Notes under the pieces: generated by a model | The model's database searches: none | Told to the model about the DNA's origin: nothing | Seen by the model: the letters and a program-made list of their open reading frames with translations, nothing else | NCBI GenBank assembly: GCA_040901985.1 | Contig: JBBDYC010000009.1 | Location: 124,364 to 188,363, forward strand | Direction: 5' to 3' | Origin: Gemmatimonadaceae bacterium | GTDB taxonomy: Bacteria > Gemmatimonadota > Gemmatimonadetes > Gemmatimonadales > Gemmatimonadaceae | DNA length: 64,000 nucleotides | Translations under genes and position numbers: made by a program | Part shown: positions 19,604 through 28,952 of the stretch, one piece after another | Position numbering within the stretch: the first letter of the stretch is position 1 | Layout: each line of letters begins with the position of its first letter

Positions 19604-21433
19604 GTGCTCCAAGAGATGCGAGTCGTTGCCAAGTACGTCTGGATCTTCCTCTTCATCGCGTTCGTCGGAAGCTTCCTCTTCGCCGATATGTCCGGCCTGA
19701 TCGGCCAGGCGCCGGTCACGACCTCCACTGTCGTGGCCAAGGTGAACGGCGATGAGATTCCCTACCTAGCGTGGGAAAACCTCACCCGCTCGCTTGCCCA
19801 GCAGCAGGAACAGCAGACCGGGCGCTCGCTGAACCTCGACGAGCGCCTCCAGCTCGAGCAGCAGGCGTTCGACCAGCTGGTGACCGACCTGCTCCTCCAA
19901 CAGGAATACGAGAGGCGGGGGATCATCGTCACCAACGACGAGATCGTGGCCGCCGCGCGGTACTCCCCCCCCCCCCAGTTCCAACAGGCGGCCGAGTTCC
20001 AGACGGAAGGCCGGTTCGACCAGGCCAAGTACGAGCGGTATCTGGCGTCGCCCCTCGCGCGCCAACAGGGCCTGCTGGCGCAGTTGGAGAGCTACTACCG
20101 GGCCGAGCTGCCGCGGAGCAAGCTCTTCTCGCAGTTGATTGCCGACACCTGGCTGAGCGACGAGCAGCTGTTCCAGGTCTTCCGGGACGAGCGGGACTCG
20201 GCGCGCGTGTCGTACGTGGCGCTGCGCCCGACGCCGGCGCAGGTCGCGGCGGTCACGGTGAGCGAGGCGGAGGTGAAGCGCTACTACGATCGCTACAAGG
20301 GACGCTGGGAGCGGAGCGGGCGGGCGGTGGTCTCGTTCGTCAGCATCAGCCGGATCCCGGTCGCGGCCGACACGGCGGCGGTGGTCGCGCGGCTTCGCGA
20401 GCTGCGCGCCGAGATCGTCGGCGGCGCGAGCTTCGCCGACGTGGCGCGCCGCGAGTCCGAGGATTCCGTCTCGGCGCGCGAGGGCGGCGATCTCGGCCGC
20501 GGGACGCGCGGCCGGTTCGTGCCCGCGTTCGAGAATGCCGCGTTTGCCCTTCGCGTGGGACAGGTCTCCGAGCCGGTAGAGACCCAGTTTGGGTGGCACC
20601 TGATCCAGGCGACCGATCGCAAGGGCGACACGCTCGCGGTGCGGCACATCCTGCTGCGCGTCCGCCAGGGCGATTCCACCGCGACGCTCTCGGACCGCGC
20701 GGCGGACCGGCTGGCCGGGATCGCGGCCGGCGCGAGCGACCCCCGCAAGTTCGACGAAGCCGCCGAGGCACTCGGGCTGCTCGTCACGCAGATCCCGGTG
20801 ACCGAGGGGCAGACGGCCACGTATCAGGGCCTCCCCGTCGGCGGCGTCAGCGGATGGGCGTTCTCCGGCGTGCAGCCGGGCGAGACGAGCGACCTCTTTG
20901 ACGACGAGCAGGCCTACTATCTCGTCCGGCTCGACTCGCTGACGCGGGGCGGCGAGCAGCCCCTCGCGCTGGTGCGCGACGACATCGCGCAGGCGCTGCG
21001 CGAACGGAAGGCCGTGGACGTCCTGGTGCCACAGGGCGAAGCGCTCCTCGCCGACGCGCGGAACTCGACGCTCGAGGCGATGGCGGCCAAGGCCGGGCTC
21101 ACGGTGGACACGACGCGCACGTTCACCCGGCTGAGCTTCGTGGAGGGACTCGGCTATTCGAACGAGGCGGTCGGCGCGGCGTTCGGCCTCGACGTCGGCA
21201 CCACCGCGATGGTGCGCACGATTGATGCCGTCTTCCTGATGCGGGTGAACCACCGGGTCGGGGCATCGCGCGAGGCCTTCGAGGCGCAGAAGGCCACCCA
21301 GCGCCAGCAACTCGGCAACGCGGCGCGCGAACAGCGCATCCGCACGTTCCTCGACAACCTCCGCCGCGAGGCGACGATCGTGGACCGCCGCCGCGACATC
21401 AACGCAGCGCTGCGGAGACAGGTAGTCGAATAA
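19604..21433 (+). CDS. PpiD-like periplasmic chaperone / parvulin PPIase with SurA N-terminal domain
   Basis: N-terminal anchor, VAKVNGDEI, parvulin motifs SFADVARRESED..GGDLG, FVPAFENAAF, VSEPVETQFGWHLI. Confidence 0.88.
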   Translation: MLQEMRVVAKYVWIFLFIAFVGSFLFADMSGLIGQAPVTTSTVVAKVNGDEIPYLAWENLTRSLAQQQEQQTGRSLNLDERLQLEQQAFDQLVTDLLLQQEYERRGIIVTNDEIVAAARYSPPPQFQQAAEFQTEGRFDQAKYERYLASPLARQQGLLAQLESYYRAELPRSKLFSQLIADTWLSDEQLFQVFRDERDSARVSYVALRPTPAQVAAVTVSEAEVKRYYDRYKGRWERSGRAVVSFVSISRIPVAADTAAVVARLRELRAEIVGGASFADVARRESEDSVSAREGGDLGRGTRGRFVPAFENAAFALRVGQVSEPVETQFGWHLIQATDRKGDTLAVRHILLRVRQGDSTATLSDRAADRLAGIAAGASDPRKFDEAAEALGLLVTQIPVTEGQTATYQGLPVGGVSGWAFSGVQPGETSDLFDDEQAYYLVRLDSLTRGGEQPLALVRDDIAQALRERKAVDVLVPQGEALLADARNSTLEAMAAKAGLTVDTTRTFTRLSFVEGLGYSNEAVGAAFGLDVGTTAMVRTIDAVFLMRVNHRVGASREAFEAQKATQRQQLGNAAREQRIRTFLDNLRREATIVDRRRDINAALRRQVVE

Positions 21434-21437
21434 CTAA

Positions 21438-21518
21438 AGGTGAGAGGTGGAAGGTCACCGCACCTGCGCGCCAGGCAGTCCCCGGCGCGCCCCTTTCCCC
21501 TTTCTCCTTTCGCCTTTT
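21438..21518. repeat. Heptamer arms flanking a GC hairpin between convergent genes; possible terminator
   Basis: AGGTGAG AGGTGGA AGGTCAC ... GCGCGCCAGGCAGTCCCCGGCGCGC ... CCCTTTC CCCTTTC TCCTTTC GCCTTTT; 21466-21497 is the reverse complement of 3916-3947. Confidence 0.75.
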
Positions 21519-21765
21519 AAATCAGCCTCTTCGGCTCCGTCCCCTCGGCATCCTTCTGCGGTGCCCCCTGGCGCTCCTGGGCGGGCGGCAGACTCCCCTG
21601 CTCCGCCGGCGTCGAGATCTCGCGCTGCACCTCGTTCATATTCTTCTTGAACTCCTTGATTCCCTTGCCGAACGAGCCGGCGATCTCGGGAATGCGCTTC
21701 GCGCCGAAGAGCAGGAGAACGACTACAAGACCGATGAAGAGTTCGGTCGGGCCGAGTCCGAACAT
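21517..21765 (-). CDS. tatA: Twin-arginine translocase TatA/E subunit
   Basis: MFGLGPTELF...LLFGAKRIPEIAGSFGKGIKEFKK; GGAGG RBS. Confidence 0.95.
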   Translation of the reverse strand: MFGLGPTELFIGLVVVLLLFGAKRIPEIAGSFGKGIKEFKKNMNEVQREISTPAEQGSLPPAQERQGAPQKDAEGTEPKRLI

Positions 21766-21776
21766 ACGAACCTCCG

Positions 21777-22058
21777 TTAGAACAGCGAACGCGCGATGAG
21801 ATAGGCGGCGAGGACCCCGACAAGGCTCAGCAGCGAGACGTCGAGCGCGATGGGTCCCAATCCAAACTTGATGATGACCAGATCCACCGACAAGGGGCCG
21901 ACCGACGGCGTCACCCCGGTGGTGAGGAATTCCTTGACCGCGCCCGACGGCAGGAAGAGCCGGGCAAACTGCGTGAGGAAGCCGCCGACCACGAACCCGA
22001 TGGCCAGCACGATGGCGTGATACCCCGGGCGATGCTTCGCCGAGCCCTGGAGCGCCAT
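21777..22058 (-). CDS. Small membrane protein (DUF4321-like)
   Basis: MALQGSAKHRPGYHAIVLAIGFVVGG...; start overlaps the upstream stop (TGATG). Family assignment is from recall only. Confidence 0.7.
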   Translation of the reverse strand: MALQGSAKHRPGYHAIVLAIGFVVGGFLTQFARLFLPSGAVKEFLTTGVTPSVGPLSVDLVIIKFGLGPIALDVSLLSLVGVLAAYLIARSLF

Positions 22059-23062
22059 CAGGCCCGTCGGTCCATCACGTAGGCCAGCGCGTCCACCAGC
22101 GACTGCCGCACCTCCGACTCCGGCACGCCGTCCAAGGCCTCCTCCGCGAGCTGGGCGAATTTCTCCCCGGTCCGGCGTGCGTAGTCGAGCCCGCCGCACT
22201 CCGCCACGATGCCGACGACCTCGGCGATCGTCGCGTCACCCGGCGTCGGATCGGCGAAGAGGGCATCCACCCGCGCCCGCTGGGCGCGCGACATCTGCCC
22301 GAGCGCCGCGATCAGCGGGAGCGTGACCTTGTGCTCGCGCAGGTCGGTGCCGCCCGGCTTCCCGGTCACCGCCTCCTGCTCGATGTAGTCGAGCAGGTCG
22401 TCGGCGACCTGGAACGCCATCCCGAGCTGCTCCCCGAAGCGTCGGAGCTGGGCGCGGTAGCGCGGCGCGCCGGCCAACGCGCCCATCTCGCACGCCGCGC
22501 CGACCAGCGAGGCCGTCTTGGCCCGGATCAGCGTGTAGTAGTCCGCCTCGGTGAAGGTCAGCGCATCGTACGACGCCAGTTGGCGGAGCTCGCCGAGCGT
22601 CATCTCGTTCGACGCCTGCGTGAAGACCCGCAGCGGCTCGAGGTCACCGAGCCGCACCAGCTCGGCGATGGCCTTGGAGAACAGGAAGTCGCCCATCAGC
22701 ACGGCCACCTGATGACTGAAGATTGCGTTGAGCGTCGGCTGGCCGCGGCGGAGGACCGAGTGGTCCACCGAGTCGTCGTGGACAACGCTCGTCAGGTGCA
22801 CGAGCTCGGCGACCGCCGCCAGCGGGATGGCACGCTCCTCCGGCGTCCCCTCGACCTCCGACGCGAGGAGGAGGAGTGTCGGCCGGAAGAGCTTGCCGCG
22901 CATCCCGCGCAGGTGCGCGTTGGCCGCCTCGACAATCGCGACGTCGGCCTCGACGATCCGCCAGAGCTCCTCCGGCACGCGGTCGAGCCGGGCCCGCACC
23001 GGGAGCTGGATCTCGAGCAGCGCCGGGGCGACCGGCAGGCGCGTCTGCGCGTCGGGCGTCAC
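22058..23062 (-). CDS. Polyprenyl diphosphate synthase
   Basis: GKLFRP, HDDSVD..RRG (FARM), AFQVADDLLD (SARM), GKPGGTDLRE. Confidence 0.93.
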   Translation of the reverse strand: MTPDAQTRLPVAPALLEIQLPVRARLDRVPEELWRIVEADVAIVEAANAHLRGMRGKLFRPTLLLLASEVEGTPEERAIPLAAVAELVHLTSVVHDDSVDHSVLRRGQPTLNAIFSHQVAVLMGDFLFSKAIAELVRLGDLEPLRVFTQASNEMTLGELRQLASYDALTFTEADYYTLIRAKTASLVGAACEMGALAGAPRYRAQLRRFGEQLGMAFQVADDLLDYIEQEAVTGKPGGTDLREHKVTLPLIAALGQMSRAQRARVDALFADPTPGDATIAEVVGIVAECGGLDYARRTGEKFAQLAEEALDGVPESEVRQSLVDALAYVMDRRA

Positions 23063-25380
23063 GTGAGATTCCGCTCGACCGCGCTGAGCCGGTCGCCGAC
23101 GTCGCGGAACTGGATGTCCACCGAGAAGACGCGCTCGTAGAACTTCTTGGCCTCCGGATACGCCTTGGTCTCCTCGGAGATGGCGCCGAGCAGGTAGAGC
23201 ACGCCGACGAGCTCCTCGTCGCGGACGTTCGGCTCGGAGAGCGCGCGCTGGAGAATCGTCGCCGCCACCGGAAGCTGCTGCTTCTCGATGAAGCAGTGGC
23301 CCAGCGCCTCGAACGAGCGCACGCGCGCATTGGGCGCGCGGAGCGCCTTCTGGAACTCGGCGATCGCCTCGTCGAGCAATCCCATCTCCTTGTAGGCGAC
23401 GCCGAGGTCGTAGTGGGCCTCGTGATCCTCGTCGTCCACGTTGTCGGAAACGCCCTGCTTGAACATCCGGAGCATATCGGCGAAGTCCGCCTGCTCGTCG
23501 CCGGTGGGCTCCTTCTCCTCGACGACCATCCGCGTGCTCTTCGGCTCGTCGTCCTCGCGCAGCCAGTCGCCGAGCGACACAAATTCGTCGTCGCTGTCAC
23601 CCTTGGGCTTGGCGGCCTTCTTCGGCATCGGGGCGGGCTTGGCGGGCGCCGCGGTGGTGCTGCGCCGCGGCGGCGGCGGGGCCTCGACGGCAACCTCCTC
23701 CGGGATGGACTCGATGGCCGCCTGGGCGCGCAGGTCGTCCGGCGTGATGTCGAGGACCCGCTGGTAGACCACGCGCGCCTTCTGCGCCTGGCCGTCGGCG
23801 AGCAGCGCGTCAGCGAGTTCGAGGTACGCCTCGGCGAGGAGCCCGCGGTCGTTGGCGCGGAAGGCGAACTCGACCCGCTTCTGGTGGAAGCGGATGGACT
23901 TGGGCTCAAGCCGGACGATCTCCTCGGCGATGGATCCGGCGGTGTCGAGGTCGCCGCCGGTCTCATAGCCGGTCATCGCCTGCTCGAGTTGCGCCACGCC
24001 TTCAGCCCGGTCGCCGCCCTCCAGCAGCGCCTCGGCGAACTGCCGCCGCAGGCCCCAGTCCTCCGGCGAGGCGTCCACGCGCTCCCGCAGGGCGTCCACC
24101 GAGGTCGCCAGTTCCGTGGAGGCCTCGGGCATCTCGAGCACCGGCGCCTCGACCACCGGCTCCTCGAACGGGCTGTCGCCCAGCGGCGAGTCGGTGTCGA
24201 AAACGATCAGATCGTCGGACAGCGATGGCTCCGGCTCGACTTGGAGGGCGTCGCCGCCGAGCGTCGGCTCCGGCTCGATCAGCGATTCCACGGTCCCGAT
24301 CTCCGCCGGCGCGTCGAGGTCCATCACCTCGAGGTCGGGCGCCGATCGCGGCACGGTCGGCGGCTCCTCGCTCTCCACCGGCTCCACCGGAGCGTCGGCG
24401 TCGGCGTCGGCGGGCGGTGCGACCTCGTCGGAGAAGCTGGTGGCCTGGAGTCCTGCCAACGATCCGCGCGGCGGTGGCGGTGCCTCGTCGGCGACCTGCG
24501 TGGGTTCGATGAGGATTGGCTCGGCGGGCGGCGCAGGGGGTGTGGCGGGAGCGGCGGGCTCGGCGGGGGCGGCGGCCGCCGGCTTGGCCGGAGCAGGCGG
24601 AGCGAGCGGCTCAAGCAGCGAGAGTCCCTCGACCGCCTTGGTGAGACGCTTGGTCTCCAGCGGCGACGGCATCCGCACGGACTTGCGGCCGGCCGGCGTG
24701 TCCACGTCGAGGAAGACCAGCCCCGCGCCCCCGGACGAGGACGCCGCACCGTCGGCCTTCGGCTCGATGGACGGGTCAATCTCCTTGAGCTTTGCGGCGA
24801 AGCTGTCGGCATCGCTTGCATCGCCGTCGGCCGACGCCTGCGCGTAGCCCACCTGGAGCTGGGCGATTGACTCGTCCTTCTTCCCCGCCTTGAGGAGTTG
24901 ATCGGCCAGCATCAACCGGACGTCGTACTGGTCCGGCACGAGGTCGGCGAACTCCTTCAGGGTCCGGAAGGCCTCGTCCATATTGCCGGCCTGCTGCTGG
25001 CGACTCGCGTACTCGAGGAAGTTCTGGCGCGCGTCGGCCTTGAAGCCCTTCTCGGCGCTGATCTTCCCGAGCTTGTAGTAGATCACGGTGCGGCCGGGCG
25101 AGGCGCGCAGGATCTTGTTGCAGAGCGCGATGGCCGGGTTGTAGAACCCGCCCTCGGTGTAGTGATCCACCGCCTTCTCCCAGACCGACACGGCGTCCGG
25201 GAGTTTCCCCGCCTTCTGCAGCATATCGCCGACGCGATTGTAGAACGGGATGTCTACCGGATCCTCTTCGCCCCCCTCGTACGCGTCAATGATCTGGCGA
25301 TAGACGTCGAGGGCCTTGTCCACCTGCTTCTTGGCCTCGAGGTCGGCCGCTTTCTTCTTCAGCTTGACGATGTCGGCCAT
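23059..25380 (-). CDS. Large TPR protein with acidic central linker
   Basis: Starts MADIVKLKKKAAD; N-terminal TPR array; C-terminal TPRs (HYDLGVAYKEMGLLDEAIAEFQKA). Confidence 0.85.
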   Translation of the reverse strand: MADIVKLKKKAADLEAKKQVDKALDVYRQIIDAYEGGEEDPVDIPFYNRVGDMLQKAGKLPDAVSVWEKAVDHYTEGGFYNPAIALCNKILRASPGRTVIYYKLGKISAEKGFKADARQNFLEYASRQQQAGNMDEAFRTLKEFADLVPDQYDVRLMLADQLLKAGKKDESIAQLQVGYAQASADGDASDADSFAAKLKEIDPSIEPKADGAASSSGGAGLVFLDVDTPAGRKSVRMPSPLETKRLTKAVEGLSLLEPLAPPAPAKPAAAAPAEPAAPATPPAPPAEPILIEPTQVADEAPPPPRGSLAGLQATSFSDEVAPPADADADAPVEPVESEEPPTVPRSAPDLEVMDLDAPAEIGTVESLIEPEPTLGGDALQVEPEPSLSDDLIVFDTDSPLGDSPFEEPVVEAPVLEMPEASTELATSVDALRERVDASPEDWGLRRQFAEALLEGGDRAEGVAQLEQAMTGYETGGDLDTAGSIAEEIVRLEPKSIRFHQKRVEFAFRANDRGLLAEAYLELADALLADGQAQKARVVYQRVLDITPDDLRAQAAIESIPEEVAVEAPPPPRRSTTAAPAKPAPMPKKAAKPKGDSDDEFVSLGDWLREDDEPKSTRMVVEEKEPTGDEQADFADMLRMFKQGVSDNVDDEDHEAHYDLGVAYKEMGLLDEAIAEFQKALRAPNARVRSFEALGHCFIEKQQLPVAATILQRALSEPNVRDEELVGVLYLLGAISEETKAYPEAKKFYERVFSVDIQFRDVGDRLSAVERNLT

Positions 25381-25487
25381 TCGGGGAGGCGGTCGGCGAG
25401 AAACAGGGCGGGCATCAGTAGAGCGCCGGAGGCGCAACGACCCGAAAGGTACGCCCCGAACCACTGGCGTGACAAGCGTTTGGGTCG

Positions 25488-26744
25488 CTACTCCGTGTGT
25501 GCCGGCCGGCCGCCGACCCAACTGCCCACGCAGCGTCGGTCGCCGTACCAGTACGGGATCTCCCGATGGTCACCCACCGCGAAGAGCGCCAGGTCGCCCT
25601 GAAATCCTGGCGAGAGCTGGCCAAGCTCGGCGGCCATCCCGAGCGCCGCCGCACCATTCACCGTCGCCGCCACGAACGCCTCGGCGACGCTCAGCCGGAG
25701 CTGGCTCACGCCGAGCGTGAGGACCAGCGGGAAGTTCACGGTCGGGCTTGTCCCCGGATTGAAGTCGGAGGCGAGGGCCACGGCGCAGCCGGCCTCGACC
25801 AGCGCCCGCGCCGGGGCCTGGGTGGACCGCCCGAGGAACAGCATCGTCCCGGGGAGGAGCGTGGCCACGGTCCCCGCCTTCGCGAGGGCGGCGATCCCGG
25901 CGGCGGAGACCGCCGCGAGATGGTCGGCGGAGGTCGCGCCAAGTTCGGCGGCGAGCTCGGCCGCCGCGCCGTTCGCGAGTTCGTCGGCGTGCAGCTTGAG
26001 GGAGAGCCCGTGCGAGCGCGCCGCGGTCAGCACCTGCCGCGACTCCTCGACGCTGTAGACGCCGGGCTCGCAGAAGACGTCGCAGAAGCGCGCCAGTCCC
26101 TCGCGCGCCACGGCCGGCAGCATCTCGTGGACGACGAGCGCCAGGTAGTCGGCCCGCGTGCGCGGCGCCTCGCGGTACTCGAGCGGGACCTCGTGCGCGC
26201 CGAGGAACGTCGGGACGAGCCGCACCGGCAGCTCGGCGGCGAGGCGGCGCACCACGCGCAGGGTGCGGAGCTCGGCGTCGAGCGAGAGGCCGTAGCCCGA
26301 CTTCACCTCGATCGTCGTGGTGCCGTGCGCGGCAAGCCGGCGGAGCCGCGCGCCGGCGAGCGCCGCGAGGTCGTCCTCCGGGCGCGTCCGCAGGTCGCGC
26401 ACCGAGGCGTGGATCCCGCCGCCACGCCGGGCGATCTCCAGATACCCGACGCCGGCGGCGCGGAGCTCCTGCTCCTCGTGGCGCGGCCGCCCGAAGATCG
26501 CGTGCGTGTGCGAGTCCACGAAGCCCGGTGTCAGCACGCCGCGCGCGCAATCCACGAGCGTCGCCGCGGGATGCGCCGCGCGGAGCTCGGCATCCGGCGC
26601 GACGGCGAGCACGCGGCCATCGGCCCCGACCGCCACGCCGACCCCGTCGCGCACGCCGGCGTCGGCCATCTCGGCGCCGCGACGCGCGCGCCCCGGGCCC
26701 GCGCACGTCACCACCTGCGCGGCGTTCACGAAGAGCGTCGTCAC
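25488..26744 (-). CDS. hutI: Imidazolonepropionase
   Basis: [47 protein letters not shown]. Confidence 0.96.
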   Translation of the reverse strand: MTTLFVNAAQVVTCAGPGRARRGAEMADAGVRDGVGVAVGADGRVLAVAPDAELRAAHPAATLVDCARGVLTPGFVDSHTHAIFGRPRHEEQELRAAGVGYLEIARRGGGIHASVRDLRTRPEDDLAALAGARLRRLAAHGTTTIEVKSGYGLSLDAELRTLRVVRRLAAELPVRLVPTFLGAHEVPLEYREAPRTRADYLALVVHEMLPAVAREGLARFCDVFCEPGVYSVEESRQVLTAARSHGLSLKLHADELANGAAAELAAELGATSADHLAAVSAAGIAALAKAGTVATLLPGTMLFLGRSTQAPARALVEAGCAVALASDFNPGTSPTVNFPLVLTLGVSQLRLSVAEAFVAATVNGAAALGMAAELGQLSPGFQGDLALFAVGDHREIPYWYGDRRCVGSWVGGRPAHTE

Positions 26745-28417
26745 GCGCCGTCCGGGCGCGGGCCGCCCATCGGGATGCGGATGCCGGTCCGCCGCGCGGT
26801 CTCCTGCGCCGACGGGTATCCCGCATCGGCGTGCCGCGCCACGCCGATCCCCGGATCGTTCGTCAGCACGCGCTCGAGCCGCTCGCGCATCTCCGGCGTC
26901 CCGTCGGCGACGATCACCTGTCCCGCGTGGAGCGAGTTGCCGATCCCCACCCCGCCGCCGTGGTGAAAGCTCACCCAGCTCGCGCCGCTCGCCACGTTGA
27001 GCAGCGCGTTGAGGATCGCCCAGTCAGCCACCGCGTCGGTGCCGTCCTTCATCCCCTCCGTCTCGCGGAAGGGTGAGGCCACGCTGCCGGTGTCGAGGTG
27101 GTCGCGCCCGATGACGATCGGTGCCGAGATCTCCCCCGAGGCGACGAGGTCGTTGAGCGCCACGCCGAAGCGGGCGCGTTCGCCCTGGCCGAGCCAGCAG
27201 ATGCGCGCCGGCAAGCCCTGGAACCGGATTCGCTCGCGTGCCATCGTGATCCACCGCTTGAGGTGCGCGTCGTCCGGAAACATCTCCAGCACCAGGTCGT
27301 CGGTGCGTGCGATGTCGGCCGGGTCGCCCGAGAGCGCGGCCCAGCGGAACGGGCCCTTGCCCTCGCAGAACAGTGGCCGCACGTACTCGGGGACGAACCC
27401 GGGAATCCGGAAGGCGTCGGTGACGCCGGCGTCGAGGGCGACGGTGCGGATGTTGTTGCCGTAGTCGAAGGCGACCGCGCCGGCGTCCTGCATCGCGCGC
27501 ATCGCGCGGACGTGAGCGACGACGCTCGCCGTCGAGCGGCGCAGGTACTCCGCGGAATCGCTGCCGCGCAGCGCCGTCGCGGCGGCGAGCGACATCGCGT
27601 GCGGGACGTAGCCGTGCAGCATATCGTGCGCCGAGGTCTGGTCGGTCACGACGTCGGGGATCAGGCCGCGCTCGACCATCGTCGGGAGGACCTCCGCCGC
27701 ATTGCCGACGAGCCCGACCGAGAGTCCGCGCCTCGCTGCCTGCGCCTCGCGGATCCAGCGCATCGCCTCGTCGAGGTCGGCCGTCATCCGGTCGCAGTAG
27801 CCGCCCTGCAGGCGCTTCTCGATGCGCGACGGATCCACCTCGACGCAAAGGATCGCGGCGTCGTTCATCGTCGCCGCCAACGGCTGCGCGCCGCCCATCC
27901 CGCCGAGTCCGGCGGTGAGGACGAAGCGGCCGGCGAGGGTGCCGCCGAAGTGCCGGCGCGCGACCGCGCCGAACGTCTCGAACGTCCCCTGCACGATTCC
28001 CTGCGACCCGATGTAGATCCACGACCCGGCGGTCATCTGCCCGTACATCATCAGGCCCCGCCGCTCGAGCTCGCGGAAATGCTCCCAGGTGGCGAAGCGG
28101 CCCACAAGGTTGGAGTTGGCGATCAGGACGCGGGGCGAATGGCGGTGGGTGCGGAAGACGGCGACCGGCTTGCCGCTCTGGACGAGGAGCGTCTCGTCGT
28201 CGGCGAGGTCGCGCAGCGTCGCGACGATCGCGTCGAACGACTCCCAGTTGCGCGCCGCCTTGCCGGTCCCGCCATAGACGACGAGGTCCTCGGGCCGCTC
28301 CGCGACCTCGGGGTCGAGATTGTTCATCAGCATCCGCAGGGCGGCCTCCTGCGGCCAGCCCTTGCAGCTGATCGCCGTGCCGCGCGGGGCGCGCACGACT
28401 CGCGTCTGGTTCGTCAT
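26741..28417 (-). CDS. hutU: Urocanate hydratase
   Basis: [43 protein letters not shown]. Confidence 0.98.
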   Translation of the reverse strand: MTNQTRVVRAPRGTAISCKGWPQEAALRMLMNNLDPEVAERPEDLVVYGGTGKAARNWESFDAIVATLRDLADDETLLVQSGKPVAVFRTHRHSPRVLIANSNLVGRFATWEHFRELERRGLMMYGQMTAGSWIYIGSQGIVQGTFETFGAVARRHFGGTLAGRFVLTAGLGGMGGAQPLAATMNDAAILCVEVDPSRIEKRLQGGYCDRMTADLDEAMRWIREAQAARRGLSVGLVGNAAEVLPTMVERGLIPDVVTDQTSAHDMLHGYVPHAMSLAAATALRGSDSAEYLRRSTASVVAHVRAMRAMQDAGAVAFDYGNNIRTVALDAGVTDAFRIPGFVPEYVRPLFCEGKGPFRWAALSGDPADIARTDDLVLEMFPDDAHLKRWITMARERIRFQGLPARICWLGQGERARFGVALNDLVASGEISAPIVIGRDHLDTGSVASPFRETEGMKDGTDAVADWAILNALLNVASGASWVSFHHGGGVGIGNSLHAGQVIVADGTPEMRERLERVLTNDPGIGVARHADAGYPSAQETARRTGIRIPMGGPRPDGA

Positions 28418-28443
28418 CGCTGGCCGCGGCTCCTCTCAGGCAT

Positions 28444-28460
28444 CGCGCTAATCTAGCGCG
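28444..28460. promoter_or_regulatory. 7-3-7 palindrome overlapping a putative -10 box (TAGATT, minus strand) upstream of hutU
   Basis: CGCGCTA-ATC-TAGCGCG; TAGATT at 28455-28450; GAGGAG lies between it and the hutU ATG. Confidence 0.4.
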
Positions 28461-28509
28461 TCGGCGGGCCCTGTTCTGCTCGCCTGCTGTCTGGCTGGGA
28501 TTCGTGCGC

Positions 28510-28634
28510 GGTCGGGGGGCGGGGGCATTCCCTTCGCGAGCCTCACGCGCTTAGACGCTGCGAGCCGCCGCAACGGCGCGGCGTCTCTTGCTACGCGCGA
28601 CGGCTCGCTGTGGGAACGCCCCCGCCCCCCTCCC
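28510..28634 (-). repeat. Structured dispersed repeat, copy D (most divergent)
   Basis: Minus strand: GGGGGGCGGGGGCGTTCCC ACA GCGAGCC GT CGCGC GTAGCAAGAGAC GCCGC gccgtt GCGGC GGCTCGCAGCGTCTAA GCGCG TGA GGCTCGC GAA GGGAATGCCCCCGCCCCCC GACC. Confidence 0.88.
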
Positions 28635-28768
28635 CAGCCGGCCTCGCACGTGAGGGGCGGCGGCGAGGCGCGGCCCGGCCGCGCGCGAGCGCACGCGACG
28701 CCCACGCCGAGGGCGAGCCAGAGTGAGCGATCCGGATCGCGCCCGCGCGAGCCGACCTGCACTGAAGA

Positions 28769-28898
28769 CCTTGGGAGGGCGGGAGCGGCCGCGCGGCGCA
28801 GGGGCCTACGCCGTAGCAAGAGACCCCGCGGCAGTTCGCGGGGGCTCGCAGCGTGTAAGGCGTTGGCCCCGAAGCCGTGTGGCCGCTCCCGACCGACC
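28769..28898 (+). repeat. Structured dispersed repeat, copy E
   Basis: Core at 28813-28858; 88 nt identical to copy B; outer stem GGGAGCGGCCGCGCGGC/GCCGTGTGGCCGCTCCC; ends in GACCGACC. Confidence 0.92.
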
Positions 28899-28952
28899 GA
28901 CGCACCGACGCACCGCAGTCGCCGTTCAGCAGCGAACGTGCGGGAGACCGCG

